UHGV virus genome: UHGV-1579666
Reading direction: 5' to 3' (one strand)
From: a virus
Length of the DNA stretch: 17,021 nt
Below are positions 9,613-17,021 of the stretch, in pieces. The notes under the pieces are model-generated. The model saw only the letters and a list, made by a program, of their open reading frames with translations. It made no database searches and was not told the origin of the DNA. Positions within the stretch are counted from its first letter, which is position 1; each line of letters begins with the position of its first letter. The translations under genes were made by a program, and so were the position numbers.

Positions 9613-10638
9613 ATGTCGATGTACACAACCGCCCAGCTGCTGGCGGCAAATGAGCAGAAATTTAAGTTTGATCCGCTGTTTCTGCGTCTCTTTTTCCGTG
9701 AGAGCTATCCCTTCACCACGGAGAAAGTCTATCTCTCACAAATTCCGGGACTGGTAAACATGGCGCTGTACGTTTCGCCGATTGTTTCCGGTGAGGTTAT
9801 CCGTTCCCGTGGCGGCTCCACCTCTGAATTTACGCCGGGATATGTCAAACCCAAGCATGAGGTGAATCCGCAGATGACCCTGCGTCGCCTGCCGGATGAA
9901 GATCCGCAGAATCTGGCGGACCCGGCTTACCGCCGCCGTCGCATCATCATGCAGAACATGCGTGACGAAGAGCTGGCCATTGCTCAGGTCGAAGAGATGC
10001 AGGCAGTTTCTGCCGTGCTTAAGGGCAAATACACCATGACCGGTGAAGCCTTCGATCCGGTTGAGGTGGATATGGGCCGCAGTGCGGCGAATAACATCAC
10101 GCAGTCCGGCGGCACGGAGTGGAGCAAGCGTGACAAGTCCACGTATGACCCGACCGACGATATCGAAGCCTACGCGCTGAACGCCAGCGGTGTGGTGAAT
10201 ATCATCGTGTTTGATCCGAAAGGCTGGGCGCTGTTCCGTTCCTTCAAAGCCGTCAAGGAGAAGCTGGATACCCGTCGCGGCTCTCATTCCGAGCTGGAGA
10301 CAGCGGTAAAAGACCTGGGCAAAGCGGTGTCCTATAAGGGAATGTATGGCGATGTGGCCATCGTCGTGTATTCCGGACAGTACGTGGAAAACGGCGTCAA
10401 AAAGAACTTCCTGCCGGACAACACGATGGTGCTGGGGAACACTCAGGCACGCGGTCTGCGCACCTATGGCTGCATTCAGGATGCGGACGCACAGCGCGAA
10501 GGCATTAACGCCTCTGCCCGTTACCCGAAAAACTGGGTGACCACCGGCGATCCGGCGCGTGAGTTCACCATGATTCAGTCAGCACCGCTGATGCTGCTGG
10601 CTGATCCTGATGAGTTCGTGTCCGTTCAACTGGCGTAA
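9613..10638 (+). CDS. E: Major capsid protein E
   Basis: 341-aa product MSMYTTAQLLAANEQKFKFDPLFLRLFF... from the ATG at 9613; the ORF track's 9586 start adds 9 residues inside the terminator-like T tract. Confidence 0.95.
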   Translation: MSMYTTAQLLAANEQKFKFDPLFLRLFFRESYPFTTEKVYLSQIPGLVNMALYVSPIVSGEVIRSRGGSTSEFTPGYVKPKHEVNPQMTLRRLPDEDPQNLADPAYRRRRIIMQNMRDEELAIAQVEEMQAVSAVLKGKYTMTGEAFDPVEVDMGRSAANNITQSGGTEWSKRDKSTYDPTDDIEAYALNASGVVNIIVFDPKGWALFRSFKAVKEKLDTRRGSHSELETAVKDLGKAVSYKGMYGDVAIVVYSGQYVENGVKKNFLPDNTMVLGNTQARGLRTYGCIQDADAQREGINASARYPKNWVTTGDPAREFTMIQSAPLMLLADPDEFVSVQLA

Positions 10639-10679
10639 TCATGGCCCTTCGGGGCCATTTTCTCTCTGTGGAGGAGTCC

Positions 10680-11078
10680 ATGACGAAAGATGAACTGATT
10701 GCCCGTCTTCAGGAGCTGGGTGAGCAACTGAACCGCGATATCAGTTTGACGGGAACGAAAGAAGAACTGGCGCTTCGTGTGGCAGAGCTGGAAGAAGAGC
10801 TTGATGACACGGATGAAACTGCCGGTCAGGACACCCCTCTCAGCCGGGAAAATGTGCTGACCGGGCATGAAAATGAGGTGATATCAGCGCAGCCGGATAC
10901 CGTGATTCAGGATACGGCTGAACTGGTCACGGTCGTGGCACTGGTGACGCTGCATACTGATGCACTTCACGCCACGCGGGATGAACCTGTGGCATTTGTG
11001 CTGCCGGGAACGGCGTTTCGTGTCTCTGCCGGTGTGGCAGCCGAAATGACAGAGCGCGGCCTGGCCAGAATGCAATAA
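10680..11078 (+). CDS. FI: DNA-packaging/head assembly accessory protein FI
   Basis: 132-aa product MTKDELIARLQELGEQ... from the ATG at 10680 with GGAGG Shine-Dalgarno; the upstream ATG at 10641 sits inside a hairpin stem. Confidence 0.9.
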   Translation: MTKDELIARLQELGEQLNRDISLTGTKEELALRVAELEEELDDTDETAGQDTPLSRENVLTGHENEVISAQPDTVIQDTAELVTVVALVTLHTDALHATRDEPVAFVLPGTAFRVSAGVAAEMTERGLARMQ

Positions 11079-11089
11079 CGGGAGGCGCT

Positions 11090-11443
11090 GTGGCTGATTT
11101 CGATAACCTGTTCGATGCTGCCATTGCCCGCGCCGATGAAACGATACGCGGGTACATGGGAACGTCAGCCACCATGACATCCGGTGAGCAGTCCGGTGCT
11201 GTGATACGTGGTGTTTTTGATGACCCTGAAAATATCAGCTATGCCGGACAGGGCGTGCGCGTTGAAGGCTCCAGCCCGTCCCTGTTTGTCCGGACTGATG
11301 AGGTGCGGCAGCTGCGGCGTGGAGACACGCTGACCATCGGTGAGGAAAATTTCTGGGTAGATCGGGTTTCGCCGGATGATGGCGGAAGCTGTCATCTCTG
11401 GCTTGGACGGGGCGTACCGCCTGCCGTTAACCGTCGCCGCTGA
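11090..11443 (+). CDS. FII: Head-tail joining (head completion) protein FII, GTG start
   Basis: 117-aa ORF MADFDNLFDAAIARADE... with GGGAGG upstream. Confidence 0.9.
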   Translation: MADFDNLFDAAIARADETIRGYMGTSATMTSGEQSGAVIRGVFDDPENISYAGQGVRVEGSSPSLFVRTDEVRQLRRGDTLTIGEENFWVDRVSPDDGGSCHLWLGRGVPPAVNRRR

Positions 11444-11454
11444 AAGGGGGATGT

Positions 11455-12033
11455 ATGGCCATAAAAGGTCTTGAGCAGGCCGTTGAAAACCTCAGCCGTA
11501 TCAGCAGAACGGCGGTGCCCGGTGCCGCCGCAATGGCCATTAACCGAGTTGCTTCATCCGCGATATCGCAGTCTGCGTCACAGGTTGCCCGTGAGACAAA
11601 GGTACGCCGGAAACTGGTAAAGGAAAGGGCCAGGCTGAAAAGGGCCACGGTCAAAAATCCGCAGGCCAGAATCAAGGTTAACCGGGGGGATTTGCCCGTA
11701 ATCAAGCTGGGTAATGCGCGGGTTGTCCTTTCGCGCCGCAGGCGTCGTAAAAAGGGGCAGCGTTCATCCCTGAAAGGTGGCGGCAGCGTGCTTGTGGTGG
11801 GAAACCGTCGTATTCCCGGCGCGTTTATTCAGCAACTGAAAAATGGCCGGTGGCATGTCATGCAGCGTGTGGCCGGGAAAAACCGTTACCCCATTGATGT
11901 GGTGAAAATCCCGATGGCGGTGCCGCTGACCACGGCGTTTAAACAGAATATTGAGCGGATACGGCGTGAGCGTCTTCCGAAAGAGCTGGGCTATGCGCTG
12001 CAGCATCAACTGAGAATGGTAATAAAGCGATGA
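11455..12033 (+). CDS. Z: Tail completion protein Z
   Basis: 192-aa ORF MAIKGLEQAVENLSRIS..., position after FII. Confidence 0.9.
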   Translation: MAIKGLEQAVENLSRISRTAVPGAAAMAINRVASSAISQSASQVARETKVRRKLVKERARLKRATVKNPQARIKVNRGDLPVIKLGNARVVLSRRRRRKKGQRSSLKGGGSVLVVGNRRIPGAFIQQLKNGRWHVMQRVAGKNRYPIDVVKIPMAVPLTTAFKQNIERIRRERLPKELGYALQHQLRMVIKR

Positions 12034-12425
12034 AACATACTGAACTCCGTGCAGCCGTACTGGATGCACTGGAGAAGCATGACACCGGGGCGACGCTTTT
12101 TGATGGTCGCCCCGCTGTTTTTGATGAGGCGGATTTTCCGGCAGTTGCCGTTTATCTCACCGGCGCTGAATACACGGGCGAAGAGCTGGACAGCGATACC
12201 TGGCAGGCGGAGCTGCATATCGAAGTTTTCCTGCCTGCTCAGGTGCCGGATTCAGAGCTGGATTCGTGGATGGAGTCCCGGATTTATCCGGTGATGAGCG
12301 ATATCCCGGCACTGTCAGATTTGATCACCAGTATGGTGGCCAGTGGCTATGACTACCGGCGCGACGATGATGCGGGCCTGTGGAGTTCAGCCGATCTGAC
12401 TTATGTCATTACCTATGAAATGTGA
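12030..12425 (+). CDS. U: Tail terminator protein U
   Basis: 131-aa [23 protein letters not shown]..., start overlapping the Z stop. Confidence 0.9.
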   Translation: MKHTELRAAVLDALEKHDTGATLFDGRPAVFDEADFPAVAVYLTGAEYTGEELDSDTWQAELHIEVFLPAQVPDSELDSWMESRIYPVMSDIPALSDLITSMVASGYDYRRDDDAGLWSSADLTYVITYEM

Positions 12426-12432
12426 GGACGAT

Positions 12433-13173
12433 ATGCCAACACCAAATCCTCTGGCACCGGTGAAAGGGGCCGGGACCACACTGTGGGTTTATAACGGGAG
12501 CGGCGACCCTTATGCAAACCCGCTTTCAGACAATGACTGGTCGCGTCTGGCAAAGGTTAAAGACCTGACGCCCGGCGAACTGACCGCTGAGTCCTATGAC
12601 GACAGTTATCTCGATGATGAAGATGCGGACTGGACCGCGACCGGGCAGGGGCAGAAATCCGCCGGAGATACCAGCTTCACGCTGGCGTGGATGCCCGGAG
12701 AGCAGGGGCAGCAGGCGCTGCTGGCGTGGTTTAATGAAGGTGATACCCGTGCCTATAAAATCCGCTTCCCGAACGGCACGGTCGATGTGTTCCGCGGCTG
12801 GGTCAGCAGTATCGGTAAGGCGGTGACGGCGAAGGAAGTGATCACCCGCACGGTGAAAGTCACCAATGTGGGACGTCCGTCGATGGCAGAAGATCGCAGC
12901 ACGGTAACAGCGGCAACCGGTATGACCGTGACGCCAGCCAGCGCTTCCGTAGTGAAAGGGAAGAGCACCACGCTGACCGTGGCATTCCAGCCGGAAGGCG
13001 CAACCGACAAGAGCTTCCGTGCGGTGTCAGCGGATAAAACAAAAGCCACCGTGTCGGTCAGTGGTATGACCATCACCGTGAAAGGTGTTGCTGCAGGCAA
13101 GGTCAACATTCCGGTCGTATCCGGTAATGGTGAACTTGCTGCGGTTGCAGAAATCAACGTCACCGCCAGTTAA
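12433..13173 (+). CDS. V: Major tail tube protein V with C-terminal Ig-like domain
   Basis: 246-aa product from the ATG at 12433 ([20 protein letters not shown]...); C-terminal region shows a Big_2-like Ig repeat pattern. Confidence 0.92.
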   Translation: MPTPNPLAPVKGAGTTLWVYNGSGDPYANPLSDNDWSRLAKVKDLTPGELTAESYDDSYLDDEDADWTATGQGQKSAGDTSFTLAWMPGEQGQQALLAWFNEGDTRAYKIRFPNGTVDVFRGWVSSIGKAVTAKEVITRTVKVTNVGRPSMAEDRSTVTAATGMTVTPASASVVKGKSTTLTVAFQPEGATDKSFRAVSADKTKATVSVSGMTITVKGVAAGKVNIPVVSGNGELAAVAEINVTAS

Positions 13174-13188
13174 TCCGGAGAGTCAGCG

Positions 13189-13611
13189 ATGTTCCTGAAA
13201 ACCGAATCATTTGAACATAACGGTGTGACCGTCACGCTTTCTGAACTGTCAGCCCTGCAGCGTATTGAGCATCTCGCCCTGATGAAACGGCAGGCAGAAC
13301 AGGCGGAGTCAGACAGCAACCGGAAGTTTACTGTGGAAGACGCCATCAGAACCGGCGCGTTTCTGGTGGCGATGTCCCTGTGGCATAACCATCCGCAGAA
13401 GACGCAGATGCCGTCCATGAATGAAGCCGTTAAACAGATTGAGCAGGAAGTGCTTACCACCTGGCCCACGGAGGCAATTTCTCATGCTGAAAACGTGGTG
13501 TACCGGCTGTCTGGTATGTATGAGTTTGTTGTGAATAATGCCCCTGAACAGACAGAGGACGCCGGGCCTGCAGAGCCTGTTTCTGCGGGAAAGTGTTCGA
13601 CGGTGAGCTGA
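13189..13611 (+). CDS. G: Tail assembly chaperone G
   Basis: 140-aa ORF MFLKTESFEHNGVTVTLSELSALQRIEH...; contains the slippery heptamer G GGA AAG near its 3' end. Confidence 0.92.
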   Translation: MFLKTESFEHNGVTVTLSELSALQRIEHLALMKRQAEQAESDSNRKFTVEDAIRTGAFLVAMSLWHNHPQKTQMPSMNEAVKQIEQEVLTTWPTEAISHAENVVYRLSGMYEFVVNNAPEQTEDAGPAEPVSAGKCSTVS

Positions 13612-14027
13612 GTTTTGCCCTGAAACTGGCGCGTGAGATGGGGCGACCCGACTGGCGTGCCATGCTTGCCGGGATGTCATCCACGGAGTATGCCGACTGG
13701 CACCGCTTTTACAGTACCCATTATTTTCATGATGTTCTGCTGGATATGCACTTTTCCGGGCTGACGTACACCGTGCTCAGCCTGTTTTTCAGCGATCCGG
13801 ATATGCATCCGCTGGATTTCAGTCTGCTGAACCGGCGCGAGGCTGACGAAGAGCCTGAAGATGATGTGCTGATGCAGAAAGCGGCAGGGCTTGCCGGAGG
13901 TGTCCGCTTTGGCCCGGACGGGAATGAAGTTATCCCCGCTTCCCCGGATGTGGCGGACATGACGGAGGATGACGTAATGCTGATGACAGTATCAGAAGGG
14001 ATCGCAGGAGGAGTCCGGTATGGCTGA
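13189..14027 (+). CDS. T: Tail assembly chaperone G-T fusion, made by programmed -1 ribosomal frameshift at GGGAAAG (13587-13593)
   Basis: The -1 frame downstream of the slip site is open to 14027 and encodes the T-domain sequence (FDGELSFALKLAREMGRPDW...). The ORF track entry 13593-14027 is this T frame. Confidence 0.85.
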
Positions 14028-16581
14028 ACCGGTAGGCGATCTGGTCGTTGATTTAAGTCTGGATGCGGCCAGATTTGACGAGCAGATGGCCAGAGTCAGG
14101 CGTCATTTTTCCGGTACGGAAAGTGATGCGAAAAAAACAGCGGCAGTCGTTGAACAGTCGCTGAGCCGACAGGCGCTGGCTGCACAGAAAGCGGGGATTT
14201 CCGTCGGGCAGTATAAAGCTGCCATGCGTATGCTGCCTGCACAGTTCACCGACGTGGCCACGCAGCTTGCAGGCGGGCAAAGCCCGTGGCTGATCCTGCT
14301 GCAACAGGGTGGTCAGGTTAAGGACTCCTTCGGCGGGATGATCCCCATGTTCAGGGGGCTTGCCGGTGCGATCACCCTGCCGATGGTGGGGGCCACCTCG
14401 CTGGCGGTGGCGACCGGTGCGCTGGCGTATGCCTGGTATCAGGGCAACTCAACCCTGTCCGATTTCAACAAAACGCTGGTCCTTTCCGGCAATCAGGCGG
14501 GACTGACGGCAGATCGTATGCTGGTCCTGTCCAGAGCCGGGCAGGCGGCAGGGCTGACGTTTAACCAGACCAGCGAGTCACTCAGCGCACTGGTTAAGGC
14601 GGGGGTAAGCGGTGAGGCTCAGATTGCGTCCATCAGCCAGAGTGTGGCGCGTTTCTCCTCTGCATCCGGCGTGGAGGTGGACAAGGTCGCTGAAGCCTTC
14701 GGGAAGCTGACCACAGACCCGACGTCGGGGCTGACGGCGATGGCACGCCAGTTCCATAACGTGACGGCGGAGCAGATTGCGTATGTTGCTCAGTTGCAGC
14801 GTTCCGGCGATGAAGCCGGGGCATTGCAGGCGGCGAACGAGGCCGCAACGAAAGGGTTTGATGACCAGACCCGCCGCCTGAAAGAGAACATGGGCACGCT
14901 GGAGACCTGGGCAGACAGGACAGCACGGGCATTCAAATCCATGTGGGATGCGGTGCTGGATATTGGTCGTCCTGATACCGCGCAGGAGATGCTGATTAAG
15001 GCAGAGGCTGCGTTTAAGAAAGCAGACGACATCTGGAATCTGCGCAAGGATGATTATTTTGTTAACGATGAAGCGCGGGCGCGTTACTGGGATGATCGTG
15101 AAAAGGCCCGTCTTGCGCTTGAAGCCGCCCGAAAGAAGGCTGAGCAGCAGACTCAACAGGACAAAAATGCGCAGCAGCAGAGCGATACCGAAGCGTCACG
15201 GCTGAAATATACCGAAGAGGCGCAGAAGGCTTACGAACGGCTGCAGACGCCGCTGGAGAAATATACCGCCCGTCAGGAAGAACTGAACAAGGCACTGAAA
15301 GACGGGAAAATCCTGCAGGCGGATTACAACACGCTGATGGCGGCGGCGAAAAAGGATTATGAAGCGACGCTGAAAAAGCCGAAACAGTCCGGCGTGAAGG
15401 TGTCTGCGGGCGATCGTCAGGAAGACAGTGCTCATGCTGCCCTGCTGACGCTTCAGGCAGAACTCCGGACGCTGGAGAAGCATGCCGGAGCAAATGAGAA
15501 AATCAGCCAGCAGCGCCGGGATTTGTGGAAGGCGGAGAGTCAGTTCGCGGTACTGGAGGAGGCGGCGCAACGTCGCCAGCTGTCTGCACAGGAGAAATCC
15601 CTGCTGGCGCATAAAGATGAGACGCTGGAGTACAAACGCCAGCTGGCTGCACTTGGCGACAAGGTTACGTATCAGGAGCGCCTGAACGCGCTGGCGCAGC
15701 AGGCGGATAAATTCGCACAGCAGCAACGGGCAAAACGGGCCGCCATTGATGCGAAAAGCCGGGGGCTGACTGACCGGCAGGCAGAACGGGAAGCCACGGA
15801 ACAGCGCCTGAAGGAACAGTATGGCGATAATCCGCTGGCGCTGAATAACGTCATGTCAGAGCAGAAAAAGACCTGGGCGGCTGAAGACCAGCTTCGCGGG
15901 AACTGGATGGCAGGCCTGAAGTCCGGCTGGAGTGAGTGGGAAGAGAGCGCCACGGACAGTATGTCGCAGGTAAAAAGTGCAGCCACGCAGACCTTTGATG
16001 GTATTGCACAGAATATGGCGGCGATGCTGACCGGCAGTGAGCAGAACTGGCGCAGCTTCACCCGTTCCGTGCTGTCCATGATGACAGAAATTCTGCTTAA
16101 GCAGGCAATGGTGGGGATTGTCGGGAGTATCGGCAGCGCCATTGGCGGGGCTGTTGGTGGCGGCGCATCCGCGTCAGGCGGTACAGCCATTCAGGCCGCT
16201 GCGGCGAAATTCCATTTTGCAACCGGAGGATTTACGGGAACCGGCGGCAAATATGAGCCAGCGGGGATTGTTCACCGTGGTGAATTTGTCTTCACGAAGG
16301 AGGCAACCAGCCGGATTGGCGTGGGGAATCTTTACCGGCTGATGCGCGGCTATGCCACCGGCGGTTATGTCGGTACACCGGGCAGCATGGCAGACAGCCG
16401 GTCGCAGGCGTCCGGGACGTTTGAGCAGAATAACCATGTGGTGATTAACAACGACGGCACGAACGGGCAGATAGGTCCGGCTGCTCTGAAGGCGGTGTAT
16501 GACATGGCCCGCAAGGGTGCCCGTGATGAAATTCAGACACAGATGCGTGATGGTGGCCTGTTCTCCGGAGGTGGACGATGA
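14020..16581 (+). CDS. H: Tail tape measure protein H
   Basis: 853-aa ORF with long coiled-coil-rich regions and a Gly-rich C-terminal segment; start overlaps the G-T stop. Confidence 0.95.
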   Translation: MAEPVGDLVVDLSLDAARFDEQMARVRRHFSGTESDAKKTAAVVEQSLSRQALAAQKAGISVGQYKAAMRMLPAQFTDVATQLAGGQSPWLILLQQGGQVKDSFGGMIPMFRGLAGAITLPMVGATSLAVATGALAYAWYQGNSTLSDFNKTLVLSGNQAGLTADRMLVLSRAGQAAGLTFNQTSESLSALVKAGVSGEAQIASISQSVARFSSASGVEVDKVAEAFGKLTTDPTSGLTAMARQFHNVTAEQIAYVAQLQRSGDEAGALQAANEAATKGFDDQTRRLKENMGTLETWADRTARAFKSMWDAVLDIGRPDTAQEMLIKAEAAFKKADDIWNLRKDDYFVNDEARARYWDDREKARLALEAARKKAEQQTQQDKNAQQQSDTEASRLKYTEEAQKAYERLQTPLEKYTARQEELNKALKDGKILQADYNTLMAAAKKDYEATLKKPKQSGVKVSAGDRQEDSAHAALLTLQAELRTLEKHAGANEKISQQRRDLWKAESQFAVLEEAAQRRQLSAQEKSLLAHKDETLEYKRQLAALGDKVTYQERLNALAQQADKFAQQQRAKRAAIDAKSRGLTDRQAEREATEQRLKEQYGDNPLALNNVMSEQKKTWAAEDQLRGNWMAGLKSGWSEWEESATDSMSQVKSAATQTFDGIAQNMAAMLTGSEQNWRSFTRSVLSMMTEILLKQAMVGIVGSIGSAIGGAVGGGASASGGTAIQAAAAKFHFATGGFTGTGGKYEPAGIVHRGEFVFTKEATSRIGVGNLYRLMRGYATGGYVGTPGSMADSRSQASGTFEQNNHVVINNDGTNGQIGPAALKAVYDMARKGARDEIQTQMRDGGLFSGGGR

Positions 16582-16907
16582 AAACCTTCCGCTGGAAAGT
16601 GAAACCCGGTATGGATGTGGCTTCGGTCCCTTCTGTAAGAAAGGTGCGCTTTGGTGATGGCTATTCTCAGCGAGCGCCTGCCGGGCTGAATGCCAACCTG
16701 AAAACGTACAGCGTGACGCTTTCTGTCCCCCGTGAGGAGGCCACGGTACTGGAGTCGTTTCTGGAAGAGCACGGGGGCTGGAAAGCCTTTCTGTGGACGC
16801 CGCCTTATGAGTGGCGGCAGATAAAGGTGACCTGCGCAAAATGGTCGTCGCGGGTCAGTATGCTGCGTGTTGAGTTCAGCGCAGAGTTTGAACAGGTGGT
16901 GAACTGA
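16578..16907 (+). CDS. M: Tail tip (distal tail) protein M
   Basis: 109-aa ORF MKTFRWKVKPGMDVASVPSVRKVRFGDGYSQ..., start overlapping the H stop. Confidence 0.92.
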   Translation: MKTFRWKVKPGMDVASVPSVRKVRFGDGYSQRAPAGLNANLKTYSVTLSVPREEATVLESFLEEHGGWKAFLWTPPYEWRQIKVTCAKWSSRVSMLRVEFSAEFEQVVN

Positions 16908-17021
16908 TGCAGGATATCCGGCAGGAAACACTGAATGAATGCACCCGTGCGGAGCAGTCGGCCAGCGTGGTGCTCTGGGAAATCGATCTGACAGAGGTCG
17001 GTGGAGAACGTTATTTTTTCT
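16907..17021 (+). CDS. L: Tail tip assembly protein L, 5' partial (continues beyond the window)
   Basis: ATG at 16907 overlaps the M stop (TGATG); frame MQDIRQETLNECTRAEQSASVVLWEIDLTEVGGERYFF stays open to the window end. Confidence 0.85.
   Translation, partial: MQDIRQETLNECTRAEQSASVVLWEIDLTEVGGERYFF

Noticed and set aside
9736-13960. Opposite-strand or alternative-frame ORFs inside E, FI, FII, Z, U, V, G and T (for example 9736-10287, 10626-10868, 10884-11180, 11165-11395, 11427-11705, 11764-12069, 12006-12218, 12596-12826, 12753-13163, 13170-13469, 13309-13680, 13727-13960)
   Set aside because: All are embedded within or antisense to structural genes with strong lambda identity; none has a convincing ribosome-binding site.
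13593-14027. Stand-alone T ORF with its own start codon as called in the ORF track
   Set aside because: The frame is reached by -1 frameshifting from G at the GGGAAAG slip site; no ribosome-binding site precedes the nominal start.
14578-16931. Series of minus-strand ORFs (14578-15156, 14633-14932, 14790-15047, 15062-15493, 15196-15726, 15672-16190, 16174-16839, 16533-16931) and plus-strand 15482-15685 and 16118-16342
   Set aside because: All are embedded in the tape measure gene H (or M) in alternative frames; low-complexity Arg/Pro/Ser-rich translations are typical of antisense artefacts.

Overview
This window is the late (lysis and morphogenesis) region of a lambda-like temperate phage or prophage, read across the joined genome ends. 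Order on the + strand: a short non-lambda-looking late-control segment (promoter-like and terminator-like elements plus two tandem tRNA-like genes, 1-411); the lysis cassette S, R, Rz with Rz1 embedded (654-1895); three minus-strand accessory genes (bor lipoprotein, a DUF1398-like protein, a small ribbon-helix-helix-like protein, 1927-3280); the cos site (cosQ, cosN, cosB, 3450-3668); then terminase Nu1/A, the head genes W, B, C/Nu3, D, E, FI, FII, and the tail genes Z, U, V, G, G-T (programmed -1 frameshift), H, M and the start of L. Gene order, sizes and translated products match phage lambda almost residue for residue as far as I can recall; this is recognition from memory, not a database search. 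I see no CRISPR array, IS element, integrase or recognisable multi-gene defence system. The parts worth a second look are the tRNA pair upstream of S, the minus-strand RHH/DUF1398 cassette beside cos, and a perfect Fur-box-like palindrome next to cosQ. Everything else is textbook lambda biology.
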